Origin: an uncultured Geobacter sp.
Lineage (GTDB): Bacteria; Desulfobacterota; Desulfuromonadia; Geobacterales; CAIOGM01
DNA length: 64,000 nucleotides
Direction of reading: 5' to 3'
Assembly (NCBI GenBank): GCA_903902855.1
Contig: CAIUWK010000095.1
Coordinates: 5,887 to 69,886 of the forward strand
Shown: piece after piece, positions 17,183 to 27,485 of the stretch
Numbering within the stretch: the stretch's first letter is position 1
How the letters are laid out: each line of letters starts with the position of its first letter
Notes under the pieces: generated by a model
Told to the model about the DNA's origin: nothing
Seen by the model: the letters and a program-made list of their open reading frames with translations, nothing else
Databases searched by the model: none
Translations under genes and position numbers: made by a program

Positions 17183-18335
17183 GGCGATCTCCAGCTCTGG
17201 TCACCCTGTCTGCCAGGGTTGAAATACACTCCTGATACAGCTTGACGTCAATCTCATGCGCCTCTTTTTTGTCTCCGATACCCGACAAAAGCGGGATAGA
17301 GAGCACTCCTCCCAGATGTTCCCGAAATTCCCGAAGTGCCTTGTCCACATCGATCCACCGGAGGACCGTGTCGTAGAGAGTGAAGCCCACGTCTTCAAGG
17401 AGGGTCAGAATCCGGTGAAGGTCGAGGTCCCCGATCCCGGACCGGCGGTGGGAGTAGAGCGCGTCGAGGGCAATCCCAATGGCCACGGCTTCGCCATGCC
17501 TGATATCACCATGGGTCAATTCTTCCAGTTTATGGGCCGTCCAGTGACCGAAGTCCAGCGGCCGGGACGTCCCGAATTCGAACGGGTCACCGCAGGTACG
17601 GATATGTTCCAGGTGCAGTTCGGCACAACGGATGATCATCCGTTCTATTGCCGGTGGGGAAAAAATCGCCAGTTCCCTGCGATCCAGATACAGGCGGTCA
17701 AAGAAGGGCCGATCCTTGATCAGCGCTACCTTGATCGCCTCGGCAATACCTCCCCGCCGGTCGCGATCCGAAAGTGTCTGCAGAAAATCGAAATCGTTAA
17801 TCACCGCACACGGCGGGGCAAAGGTCCCCAGAAAATTTTTCCGTCCGAACGCGTTGACGCCGTTTTTTACACCAACACCCGCGTCGTTTTGCGCCAGAGT
17901 GGTGGTCGGCAGCCGTATCAGGCGAATGCCGCGATGGGCCGTGGCGGCAGCATAGCCGGCGACATCCAGCAGAGCCCCGCCGCCGAGAGCGATGATGTAG
18001 GAATGGCGGCAAAGCCCTTCCTTTTCTATCAGGGAATGGATTCGCTCGACTTCCCGGGGCTGATTCTTGCACCCTTCACCCCCCGGCAGAATCAGGGGTG
18101 GAGTGACGAATTCCAGAAGACCCTGGTGCCGGACGGCAAACAGTTTTATTTTTTCCAGGAGTCCGGTCGTGAGTCGTGCCACTTCGGAATCAATGACCAG
18201 GGCAATTCTGGCGCGCGCATCGCCGGAGGAGGAGAAGAACTCCGGCAGTACCTGGTTTTCTCCGCCAAACAGGTCACGGGTGAAGATCACCGGATATGAA
18301 TAGGAGAGAGTGAATTCCTGTCGTAGGGAGTACAT
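17124..18335 (-). CDS. eboD: 3-dehydroquinate-synthase-family sugar-phosphate cyclase, EboD-type (copy B)
   Basis: This 403-aa protein has the same DHQS-family motifs as 5174-6391. It is the first gene of the tightly coupled ebo block. Confidence 0.8.
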   Translation of the reverse strand: MYSLRQEFTLSYSYPVIFTRDLFGGENQVLPEFFSSSGDARARIALVIDSEVARLTTGLLEKIKLFAVRHQGLLEFVTPPLILPGGEGCKNQPREVERIHSLIEKEGLCRHSYIIALGGGALLDVAGYAAATAHRGIRLIRLPTTTLAQNDAGVGVKNGVNAFGRKNFLGTFAPPCAVINDFDFLQTLSDRDRRGGIAEAIKVALIKDRPFFDRLYLDRRELAIFSPPAIERMIIRCAELHLEHIRTCGDPFEFGTSRPLDFGHWTAHKLEELTHGDIRHGEAVAIGIALDALYSHRRSGIGDLDLHRILTLLEDVGFTLYDTVLRWIDVDKALREFREHLGGVLSIPLLSGIGDKKEAHEIDVKLYQECISTLADRVTRAGDRHEHSEKSVIRTGDPRKHVS

Positions 18336-18344
18336 GTCAGCCGC

Positions 18345-19526
18345 CTATAATCCCCGGGAGATAATCTCCAGGGTAATGACCGCATAAGAAGAGACGAGGA
18401 CCGGATCTTTTTCCCACCAGCGACCGTTGGCATTGACCCAGGAGCCGTCGCTGTTTTGCAGGGCGAGCAGCTTCTTCGCCAGATCCTTGCGCCAATTGAC
18501 GCTTTTCCCCTCCTTGAGGGTCAGGTTGTCCACCCCGTAGATGCTGAGCGCCTTGGCCATGGTGTGGTAGTAGTAGTAGAGACCGTCTTTCCCCATGCCA
18601 GGATTTTCGTCGAGAGTATAGTGCCGGCTCAGCCAGTCGTAGACCGCCTTGACCCGGGGGTCGTTCCTGTCGAGTTGGGCGTAGATGTAACTCAGCAGCC
18701 CGGCATAGCTCATGCTGCCGTAGGATCTGAGGGCCGCCTTGCCATCGGGAAGCTTAACCTCGCCCGCCTTGCTATCCTCCGGAAAATAGACGAAGCCCCC
18801 CTTGTTGTCCGGGTCATCACTGGCCCACTTCTGGTCATTGGATCCGGGGAGGTTCTGGGTCCGGGAGATGAACTGGATCGCGGCCTTCCAGTTGAGATCC
18901 TTCGTCTCGGCGTCACCGGCAACATCACTCTTCAGATAGCGGCTGTAATGGAGCGCTTCCAGAGCGAAGGTCGTATTGGCCAGGTCCGAATGCTTGTAGG
19001 TGCCGCCGTAACCGATACCGCCATCCAGCGGGTCGTCTCCCATCCCTTTTTCGCCGTAATCGTCCTGCAGGCCGATGATGAATTTTCGGGCATTCTTGAT
19101 GACCGGCTGGTATTCCGGCCGGTTGGCAACCAGAAGGGCCATCATTGAGATCGAGGTGTTATAGTTGGTCAGATCCTTCCCGTAAATGCCACCGTCAGGC
19201 TTCACGCATTTCAGGAGGTAGTCGTACCCTTTGGCGGTAGCTTGCTCATATTTCCGTTTAGAGAAACCCGACTGGTCCCCCTGGAACCCGGTCAGCGCCA
19301 AGGCGGTCATGGCTGGATATTCCTGCTGGCCCCAGTAGCCTTCCGGTTTCTGCTTCGTCGCCAGCCAGGTCAACCCCTTGCCGATGGCGTTCTCCACTTC
19401 AAGCTTCAGAGAAACATCAGATCCGGATTTGGCCACCACTTTATCAGCCCCAACAGCAGGCATTACCATGATTGCTGCCATGAAAAAAACGGCTGCCATC
19501 CTTCCGCCCAGGGTGTGCATCTTCAT
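18345..19526 (-). CDS. Secreted prenyltransferase/squalene-cyclase-repeat (alpha/alpha toroid) protein (copy B)
   Basis: The start is at MKMHTLGG (19526) after a GAAGGAGAA SD. It has a signal peptide and the same toroid repeats as copy A. Its stop is 9 nt before the eboD start. Confidence 0.7.
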   Translation of the reverse strand: MKMHTLGGRMAAVFFMAAIMVMPAVGADKVVAKSGSDVSLKLEVENAIGKGLTWLATKQKPEGYWGQQEYPAMTALALTGFQGDQSGFSKRKYEQATAKGYDYLLKCVKPDGGIYGKDLTNYNTSISMMALLVANRPEYQPVIKNARKFIIGLQDDYGEKGMGDDPLDGGIGYGGTYKHSDLANTTFALEALHYSRYLKSDVAGDAETKDLNWKAAIQFISRTQNLPGSNDQKWASDDPDNKGGFVYFPEDSKAGEVKLPDGKAALRSYGSMSYAGLLSYIYAQLDRNDPRVKAVYDWLSRHYTLDENPGMGKDGLYYYYHTMAKALSIYGVDNLTLKEGKSVNWRKDLAKKLLALQNSDGSWVNANGRWWEKDPVLVSSYAVITLEIISRGL

Positions 19527-19543
19527 AGGTTCTCCTTCTCGAT

Positions 19544-20323
19544 TCACTTTTTACGTTGTATCGTTACGGTTACCGGCGTTCCGACAGGTGGTACGGCGCC
19601 TTCCCTGACGAACCAGATCTTGTCGCTGTCGCCCCCCTTGGAGGCGTTATCGACAAGAGCGGCAGGGTCATGGTAGAGGGCAATGATGGAGCCTCCCATT
19701 TGGGCAATGAACCGGCCGTCCATAACCACAGAACCTGTATAGACCCAATCCAACGTTGAAATAGTTACCCGCTTGTTGTCAATCAGTTTACACATCCAGC
19801 CGGTGTAATCTACCGGCGCCGGTTTTCCGGAGGGATCGGTAAGAGACACAGTTATTGTCACCGCATCCCCCGTTGGTGTCCGGGGATCACCCTGCCCGGC
19901 AAGAGGTTGGTTGGTCCCCTCGTATCCCAGCAGGAGGAAGGCGACTTGAAGTTGGTACGGGTCGACCTTCGTCCTCAGGAGGCTTTCGTGGGTTTTTCCC
20001 CCCAAACGAACCAGCAGATACTCCAGGAGACCACGGTCCATATTCACCTCAGCGGGAAATGTGACCGAGAGTTCTTTCTTGTTGATCTGTACATCGCCGA
20101 TGCGAAATATTCCGGGAGAAACCTTCTCAATTACCGGTGTCTCCTTGGCGGCCATTGGTGGGAGAGGCGGGGGAGGCGGGGGGGAGGGAGGCGGGGGGAA
20201 CGACAATTTGCTCCTCACCGGAGCAGGGTCGAGCGGTTCCAGGGCCGCCGCGTATCCGGTCATCAACAACAACGAAAGTACTGCCATGATCATCCTGCTT
20301 CCGGTACGGCTGTACTTACGCAT
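19544..20323 (-). CDS. Secreted Pro-rich protein of unknown function (copy B)
   Basis: It has a signal peptide, a PPPPSPPPPPPLPP linker and the conserved core shared with 7591-8364. Confidence 0.6.
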   Translation of the reverse strand: MRKYSRTGSRMIMAVLSLLLMTGYAAALEPLDPAPVRSKLSFPPPPSPPPPPPLPPMAAKETPVIEKVSPGIFRIGDVQINKKELSVTFPAEVNMDRGLLEYLLVRLGGKTHESLLRTKVDPYQLQVAFLLLGYEGTNQPLAGQGDPRTPTGDAVTITVSLTDPSGKPAPVDYTGWMCKLIDNKRVTISTLDWVYTGSVVMDGRFIAQMGGSIIALYHDPAALVDNASKGGDSDKIWFVREGAVPPVGTPVTVTIQRKK

Positions 20324-20424
20324 GGTTTCCTCCTGGAATGCCGGTTACCGCGGTCCATTATCGTCTGTATCTCTCCGCAGGTTCGGGAAAAGATAGCAAG
20401 TTTCAATAAGGGATACAATGTTTT

Positions 20425-21885
20425 TTAATATTGATCGGACATTTTTTCCGTACCCGTCGGTATGGTTTCAAGGCGGCAGTGCAACTCCTTGAGCATCCGG
20501 CAGATCGTTTCCCTCTCTTCTCTGCCGATTATGCCCCCACCATACCGGACACGGTCACACTCTTCGAAGAGAGTCTCTACCAGATTGATCGCCAGGTCAC
20601 TGCTCCCCTCCGGGCGGAGGTGCGTGTCGACGATTCCCGCTGTGATGGCCTGGGGTGGGATTTGATAATGAACACCGAGTGACTGCTGCAACGCCCGGAA
20701 TACCGTTGTGGGAGAGCCCCCGGATTCGACTTCTGCCAGTACAGTCTCAAGATTCAGTTCGACCTCCCCTTCCCGAAAAACTACCGGGTTTATGGTTTCG
20801 GGCAGCGCTGTCGCCTCTCTTCTTCGGTAGTACCCCAGCGAGCCCCCTGCCAGCGCCAGGAGCAGGATCCCGGAGACAACCGGCAGGTACCGGCGATGGA
20901 GGCTGACCGGTGCGACGTCGGCCCGAACGGTCCCCGGGTGTGACGTGGAGTGCGCCGGATACGCGAGAGTCACCGGAGGTCTGGGAGGTGGTATGGTATC
21001 GGTGATTGTTACCGGGAATGGCCCCTGCCGCACGGTCCGGTAGGAACCTTGCATGGAATCAAAATAGCTGAAGAACACTGGTGGGACTTGCCGGATGTGA
21101 CCAATCGGCGTCAGAACCTGCTCGCAGACAGTCGTTCCCTTCAGTCGCCGCGCCTGGGGCGGATACGTGCTGAAACCGACGTTCGCCGCCATCGCCGGGC
21201 AGGTAACCGTGTCCATCGTTCCATCTCCGGAAATAGTGCTCGTAACGGTGACCGGATTCCCGCTCATCACGGTGCGAGGCGTTACCGTCACCGCAAGCCG
21301 AAAATCGCCGACAGCTCCCCTGAAATCCGCCGGTTTCCCCTTCAGAGGAAAGGGGGCAATGGCAACGGTAACCCCTTCAGCCTTCAGCTCCCGGCGCTCA
21401 GGGACGGCATCCCCGAAGAAGCTCGGGGAACCGGTTGCGGCAGGGAGCAGCAGCGAACAGGCAAGGGTGACCGGCCCCAGATTGAATTCGCCGGCCTTTT
21501 TTCCGGAAACGATATACCTGAACTCCATCGTCGTCCAGGAACGGCCGTTCCTCACTTCCGAGCCCAGGGAGGGGGGAGCGGCTTCACGGAGCGTGAGGCC
21601 GGGATGGAGCATCGTGGGATACTGGATATCCCGGATGGTCAGCTCTGTTGCGTACCCCAGCCTGACGATCACGGGGATCGTTTCTCCCGGATAGGCCACT
21701 CTCTTCTCCGCTGAGAGGGTGAATGAGAGCAGAGCGGGCAGGTCAGGGGAGACATCAGCCGGCGGTATGCTGCTCTCCGGAGTCGCCGTTCCCCCGGCCT
21801 GAGCTGTCTGGCCCGCGATCAGGAGGAGAGCGGTGACGACGGCACCGGCACTCCAGCGGAGCAGGAATCGTCTGATCCTGGTCAT
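20425..21885 (-). CDS. batD: BatD-like protein (aerotolerance-operon family)
   Basis: This 486-aa protein has a signal peptide, a large extracytoplasmic domain and a late TM segment (VVSGILLLALAGGSLGYYRRRE). It is the last gene of the moxR-DUF58-batABC operon. Confidence 0.6.
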   Translation of the reverse strand: MTRIRRFLLRWSAGAVVTALLLIAGQTAQAGGTATPESSIPPADVSPDLPALLSFTLSAEKRVAYPGETIPVIVRLGYATELTIRDIQYPTMLHPGLTLREAAPPSLGSEVRNGRSWTTMEFRYIVSGKKAGEFNLGPVTLACSLLLPAATGSPSFFGDAVPERRELKAEGVTVAIAPFPLKGKPADFRGAVGDFRLAVTVTPRTVMSGNPVTVTSTISGDGTMDTVTCPAMAANVGFSTYPPQARRLKGTTVCEQVLTPIGHIRQVPPVFFSYFDSMQGSYRTVRQGPFPVTITDTIPPPRPPVTLAYPAHSTSHPGTVRADVAPVSLHRRYLPVVSGILLLALAGGSLGYYRRREATALPETINPVVFREGEVELNLETVLAEVESGGSPTTVFRALQQSLGVHYQIPPQAITAGIVDTHLRPEGSSDLAINLVETLFEECDRVRYGGGIIGREERETICRMLKELHCRLETIPTGTEKMSDQY

Positions 21886-22662
21886 CTACCACTCCTTGAG
21901 AACTACGGCGGGGTGACCCGGACGGCGCGCATCACGGAACAGAGTGGTCGCCCCGCCTGGTTGCGGCTGTTCCCGCAGGAGCGCCTCCGCTTCCGGGCGG
22001 GATATCCTGAGTTGTTTCTGGCTCTTGGTCCCCTTCTCTCCTGCTTCTGCCGCTGATCTGCCATGGGCCTGATCACCGGATGAGGCGCGCCCCATCTCTG
22101 AAGTGTCACGTTCCCCTGGGACGACTTTCCTCCGTTTCTCCCCCCCCTCTGACTCCCCTTCTTTCCGGTGATCGCTGCCGGTGCCCGACTTCTGTTCGTT
22201 ATGAGCGGCTTGTACTCTCTGAAGCCGGTTACGGGCAACGGCACGGTTGAACTGCGCATCAAGGTCAGCCCCGTCAAGGCGCAGCACCTGCTCATACTCG
22301 CCAATGGCCTGGCGATAAAACTCTGCGGCGCCTCCCTGATCACCGGCAGCCGGCTCATCCCCCAGCCGGAAGAGGGCATTGCCGAGATTGTACTGTGCGG
22401 CAGCCGTTATACCAGGGGCTTTTGCTCGGATCGCCCGGGAAAACTCCGCAGCCGCCCTGCGGTATTCCCGTTGCCGGTAGAGCGTCACCCCGCTGTTGAA
22501 CGCAAGCCCCGCCGAACCGGGAAAGAGGTTCGCGAGCCGCGGCCAGATTCCCCCCTGACCGTATGACTCCGTAGCCCTGACAACGGGCCAAAAGATGAAG
22601 GCCACGCCGAAGAGGAACAGGAGGCAGAAGAGAAAAAAAGGGGGAAACCATCGTCGCCTCAT
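21886..22662 (-). CDS. batC: BatC-like TPR protein
   Basis: The start is at MRRRWFPPFF (22662), overlapping the batB stop as ATGA. It has an N-terminal TM segment, TPR-like repeats (AAEFSRAI...AQYNLGNALFRLGD...YRQAIGEYEQVLRLD) and a charged tail. Confidence 0.6.
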   Translation of the reverse strand: MRRRWFPPFFLFCLLFLFGVAFIFWPVVRATESYGQGGIWPRLANLFPGSAGLAFNSGVTLYRQREYRRAAAEFSRAIRAKAPGITAAAQYNLGNALFRLGDEPAAGDQGGAAEFYRQAIGEYEQVLRLDGADLDAQFNRAVARNRLQRVQAAHNEQKSGTGSDHRKEGESEGGEKRRKVVPGERDTSEMGRASSGDQAHGRSAAEAGEKGTKSQKQLRISRPEAEALLREQPQPGGATTLFRDARRPGHPAVVLKEW

Positions 22663-23642
22663 CGCCGTCCCCGTAGCGCCACAAGCAGTTCCAGGAGCAG
22701 CAGGAAGCAAGCCATCCCTAGGGGGAGCTGAAACCACTCCCGGTACTGTCGCCGCGTCCCTCCCTGCGCCTCCCGCTTGGGCAGGAGTGAGAGCCGCTCC
22801 TTGTAGAGCCGGGAGAGGCTGTCGACCCCGTCGATGGTGACCATGATCCCGCCGGCGGCCTCCGTAAGAGCTCGCAACGTTGCGGAATGGAGGGAACTCC
22901 TGACCACGTTCCCCTGCCGGTCCTTCAGGTACCCCCCCGGAAGCGGGATGAGCGCCCCTTGGGGACTCCCCACCCCTGCCGCGACAAGAGTGATGCCGGC
23001 GGCGCGCAGCGCCTGTAGAGGCTGCCGGAAATCCCCCTCATGCTCTTCGCCGTCACTGACGACCACCAGTACCCGTGACCTCCCGCCGACCCCCTTGAAC
23101 CCTCCAAGCGCCCCCTCCAGGGCGGCCGCCAGCGAGGTCCCTCCCCGGGGGACCGCCTCCGTATCCACTTGGCGGAGCACCCCGGTAAAGGCGCCGTAGT
23201 CCATGGTCAGCGGGCAGGCCAGGAACGACGATCCGGCAAAGAGGAGAAGCCCGATCCGGTCCCCCGTGAGGAAGGCGGACAGCCGTTCGATGGCCCCCTT
23301 CGCCGCCGTCAGCCGGTTGGGGCGAAGGTCATCGGCCAGCATGCTGCGTGAGGTATCCAGGGCGATGAGGAGATCCAGCCCCTCCCCTTTCCGGACCTCG
23401 CCATAAGGCTCCCCCTGGGGCCGCAGCAGCGCCACGACGCAGAGAAGGAGCGCCGAATACCGGAGGAGAGTCCTGAGGAGCTCTCGCAGCCGGTCGACGG
23501 GTGGCACGATGGAGTGGCGGGTCTCATCACGGGCGAACCGCTTCAGGGATGCGGCGCGCTTCCGCACCGCTCGGGCCTGGAGCAGGAGAGCGCCCGCCAC
23601 CGGGAGCAACAGCCAGAGCGCCTGCAGGTTCGCGAATCTCAT
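22659..23642 (-). CDS. batB: VWA-domain protein BatB
   Basis: It has N-terminal TM helices, a VWA MIDAS motif (LIALDTSRSM), a C-terminal TM segment, and the operon context. Confidence 0.7.
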   Translation of the reverse strand: MRFANLQALWLLLPVAGALLLQARAVRKRAASLKRFARDETRHSIVPPVDRLRELLRTLLRYSALLLCVVALLRPQGEPYGEVRKGEGLDLLIALDTSRSMLADDLRPNRLTAAKGAIERLSAFLTGDRIGLLLFAGSSFLACPLTMDYGAFTGVLRQVDTEAVPRGGTSLAAALEGALGGFKGVGGRSRVLVVVSDGEEHEGDFRQPLQALRAAGITLVAAGVGSPQGALIPLPGGYLKDRQGNVVRSSLHSATLRALTEAAGGIMVTIDGVDSLSRLYKERLSLLPKREAQGGTRRQYREWFQLPLGMACFLLLLELLVALRGRR

Positions 23643-23643
23643 C

Positions 23644-24648
23644 TCAGGGTACCCTTCGCAGCAGGGTGCTCTTCAGCGCGATCTCCAGAAGGAGGAGCAG
23701 CAGCGCTAACAGCAGAAACGGGAGGAACAGCTCTCTTCTGGTTCTATACTCCGTGGTTTCCATGGGGCGCTTTTCCAGAAGGTTGATCCGCTGACAGATC
23801 CTGCGGAGAGCGGCGGCGTCGGCGGCCCGGTAATAATCGGCGCCGGTGGTGCCGGCGATTTCCCGCAAGGTCGGCTCATCCATATCCGCCTCAACCTGCC
23901 GGTAGACCGTGGAACCGAAGGGATCGACCAGCGGGTAGACCGCCCGACCATGGGAGCCGACCCCCACCGTATAAACCTTGATGCCGAGTGCCCGGGCAGA
24001 GGCGGCGGCAACGGCCGGAGTCACCCTGCCGGCGTTGTTTCTCCCGTCGGTAAGAAGAATGACGATCTTCCCTCTGCCGTCTGCACGCGTGCCGTTGTCC
24101 GTCAGCCGGTTCAGGGCGGTGAGGAGTCCGTCGCCCAGAGCCGTGCCGTCCTCGATCATCCCGCTCTCCAGACGGGCCAGGTTCTCCCGCAGCCAGTCAT
24201 GGTCCAAGGTCAGCGGAGAGAGGAGATAGGGACGGGCAGCAAAGACGACCGCCCCGATCCGGTCCCCCTCCCGCTGCCGGATGAACTCCCTGAGGACCGT
24301 TCGAGCGATCTGAAGCCGCTCCCCCCCTCCGGCGTCCAGATCCCGCGCCTTCATGCTGGTGGAGACATCCACCGCCAGCATGATATCGATCCCTTCCGAA
24401 CGGACCCTACTCTCCTTCTCCACCATCTGGGGCCGCGCCAGAGCCACGACCAGGAGCATGAGTGCCGCACTCCGGAAGAGCGGCAGAGAGCCGGCGCCCT
24501 TTACCCTGGACGTTTTCGGCAGCTTCCGCAGCAGCCGGCCGTCGGGGAATCTCACCCCCGGTGCGCTCTTCTCGTTTCGCAGCAGGATCGGCAGCAATCC
24601 CAGCGCCGGCAGAAAAAGGAGGAGCAGCCAGGGATCAGCGAAGGTCAT
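23644..24648 (-). CDS. batA: VWA-domain protein BatA
   Basis: It has an N-terminal TM segment, a VWA MIDAS motif (MLAVDVSTSM...ILLTDGRNN), a C-terminal TM segment, and the operon context. Confidence 0.7.
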   Translation of the reverse strand: MTFADPWLLLLFLPALGLLPILLRNEKSAPGVRFPDGRLLRKLPKTSRVKGAGSLPLFRSAALMLLVVALARPQMVEKESRVRSEGIDIMLAVDVSTSMKARDLDAGGGERLQIARTVLREFIRQREGDRIGAVVFAARPYLLSPLTLDHDWLRENLARLESGMIEDGTALGDGLLTALNRLTDNGTRADGRGKIVILLTDGRNNAGRVTPAVAAASARALGIKVYTVGVGSHGRAVYPLVDPFGSTVYRQVEADMDEPTLREIAGTTGADYYRAADAAALRRICQRINLLEKRPMETTEYRTRRELFLPFLLLALLLLLLEIALKSTLLRRVP

Positions 24649-24685
24649 GAAAATCTCGGTTCATGGTTCGTGGAGGCGCCCACAG

Positions 24686-25309
24686 TCAGTGGAGTGTCGG
24701 GGAGGGTTCCCTGCCCGTAGTGGAGAGGATAGCCCGGGCCGCGGAGAGATCCTCCCTGATCTCCACGGCGAGAGGTATCGCGCCGGCAAACTTCACCAGA
24801 TCGCAGTGGAGCAAAAAGGTTCGGAGCAGCTCGGACTCCTCCGAAAAAGCCCCCCCCTGAGCATCAATCCCGGCCAGGAACTCCTCCGTGGTCATCCCAA
24901 GGGGGGCGAGTCCGGCCCGCTCTGCCAGGCAGAACCGCACCAGAGAAGCAAGTTCCCCATAAAGTAGATCGATCTCAACTCCCCCTTCCCTGAACCGCTG
25001 CTCCAGGAGTTCCAGAGCAGCCCAAGGCGACGGCAAGCGGGAGACAGGGAGCCGGTCGCGCCGTACACCTTGGCACTTCGTGACCATGAGGAATGAAATA
25101 GCCGCAAGGAGAAGGGCGGAACTGACCGGCAGGAACAAGGGGAAGAGCCTGTTGAGAGGGAGGTGCCCCTTGATTTCCCGAATTTCTCCCGTTGCGGCGG
25201 AGCCCCCCCGGTCCCCGGCCACCGACACGACCGGGACCGCTGTCGTTGCCATGCAGAGGAGAAGCACCGCTCCTGCCGGAAGTACTGTCCACCGGATCAT
25301 TCTCTTCAT
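24686..25309 (-). CDS. DUF4381-like single-pass membrane protein of the bat operon
   Basis: Its size, single TM segment (LFPLFLPVSSALLLAAISFLMV) and position between the DUF58 and batA genes fit this family. Its start overlaps the DUF58 stop. Confidence 0.5.
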   Translation of the reverse strand: MKRMIRWTVLPAGAVLLLCMATTAVPVVSVAGDRGGSAATGEIREIKGHLPLNRLFPLFLPVSSALLLAAISFLMVTKCQGVRRDRLPVSRLPSPWAALELLEQRFREGGVEIDLLYGELASLVRFCLAERAGLAPLGMTTEEFLAGIDAQGGAFSEESELLRTFLLHCDLVKFAGAIPLAVEIREDLSAARAILSTTGREPSPTLH

Positions 25310-26190
25310 CAGCGCCGCTGCCTCCGTCCCCGATTCCGGAAAAAGCTCACCAAGGTAAGCAGATACGAACTCCCCGGTGCAATCTCCACGAGATCGGCCC
25401 CTGTCCCACGGAACAGTCCCCGCAGCGCCTCCCGTCGTATGATTCCGGCTTGGTGATACCGGCGCCGGACCCGGGGGTCGGCCGTGTCCACCAGGAACCG
25501 TTCGCCGGTTTCCGGATCCTCCAGGGTCACCAGTCCGACCTCCGGCAGGTCGATCTCCGCCGGGTCGGTGATGACGATCCCCACCAGGTCATGGCGGGCC
25601 CGGGCCCGCATCAGGGGGGCCGAGAAATCCGGCGAGGCACAGTCCGAAACGAGGAAGAGGAGTGCGCTTCGCTTCATGACCCGGTTCAGATACTCCAGTG
25701 CCCCGGCGATATCGGTCCCGGTTCCCACCGGTTGCAGACAGAGCGCCTCCCGGATCATCTTGAAGAGATGCCGATTTCCTTTTTTCGGGGGGAGATACCG
25801 CTCGATCCGGTCAGTGAAGAGGAGAAGGCCGACTTTGTCGTTATTCCTCAGGGCCGCGCCGGCCAGAAGGGCAACGACCTCCACCGCCGTCCGGCTCTTG
25901 AGCTCCTCCCCGGTGCCGAAGTTCAGTGAAGGGGAGATGTCCAGCATGATCATGACGGTAAGTTCCCGCTCTTCCACGAACCGGCGGACAAAGGTGCGAG
26001 ACGACCGGGCGGTTACGTTCCAGTCTATGCTTCGCACATCATCACCCGGCAGGTATTCCCGCAACTCTTCGAACTCGAGTCCCTTCCCCTTGAAGACGCT
26101 CCGGTATTCGCCGGCAAAGATGCCGGTGGCCAGGCGCGAGGAGAGAAGGTGAATGCGCCGGATCTGCTTCAGGGCTTCGGATGAGATCAT
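25309..26190 (-). CDS. DUF58-family protein (MoxR-associated, VWA-like)
   Basis: The start is at MISSEALKQIRRIHL (26190). It carries the YxxGDDxRxIDW motif (EYLPGDDVRSIDWNVTAR) and lies immediately downstream of moxR. Confidence 0.7.
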   Translation of the reverse strand: MISSEALKQIRRIHLLSSRLATGIFAGEYRSVFKGKGLEFEELREYLPGDDVRSIDWNVTARSSRTFVRRFVEERELTVMIMLDISPSLNFGTGEELKSRTAVEVVALLAGAALRNNDKVGLLLFTDRIERYLPPKKGNRHLFKMIREALCLQPVGTGTDIAGALEYLNRVMKRSALLFLVSDCASPDFSAPLMRARARHDLVGIVITDPAEIDLPEVGLVTLEDPETGERFLVDTADPRVRRRYHQAGIIRREALRGLFRGTGADLVEIAPGSSYLLTLVSFFRNRGRRQRR

Positions 26191-26224
26191 GGCACTGGTC
26201 GCTTCCGGGAGGCGAGAATGTGGT

Positions 26225-27217
<993 letters not shown>

Positions 27218-27485
27218 GTGCGCTCTCCTGGTTCACCGGATTAACCTGCGCCAAACAGATCGTTCGGGCTTCGCGACGCCGATCCGGAGCTGCACTATAA
27301 CCTTCTTATTATAAAATTTCTACGATGTTTTCCGGTCGGCTCATTTTTTCCATCAAACGAGAATCTGAACAAAAGCACCAACCAGGGGCATTGTGCGATT
27401 CGGAAAATGATGGCACGAGCAGGAAAGAATCGGACGGGGAGTACATCCTGAAGGGGGGGGCAATCTGATAGCGGAATAGCTTTTC

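Noticed and set aside
800-20323. Possibility that the duplicated cassette is a mobile genomic island
   Set aside because: No integrase, transposase, tRNA attachment site or flanking direct repeats are visible. The two copies are diverged paralogues, not recent identical insertions. The region is treated as chromosomal segmental duplication.
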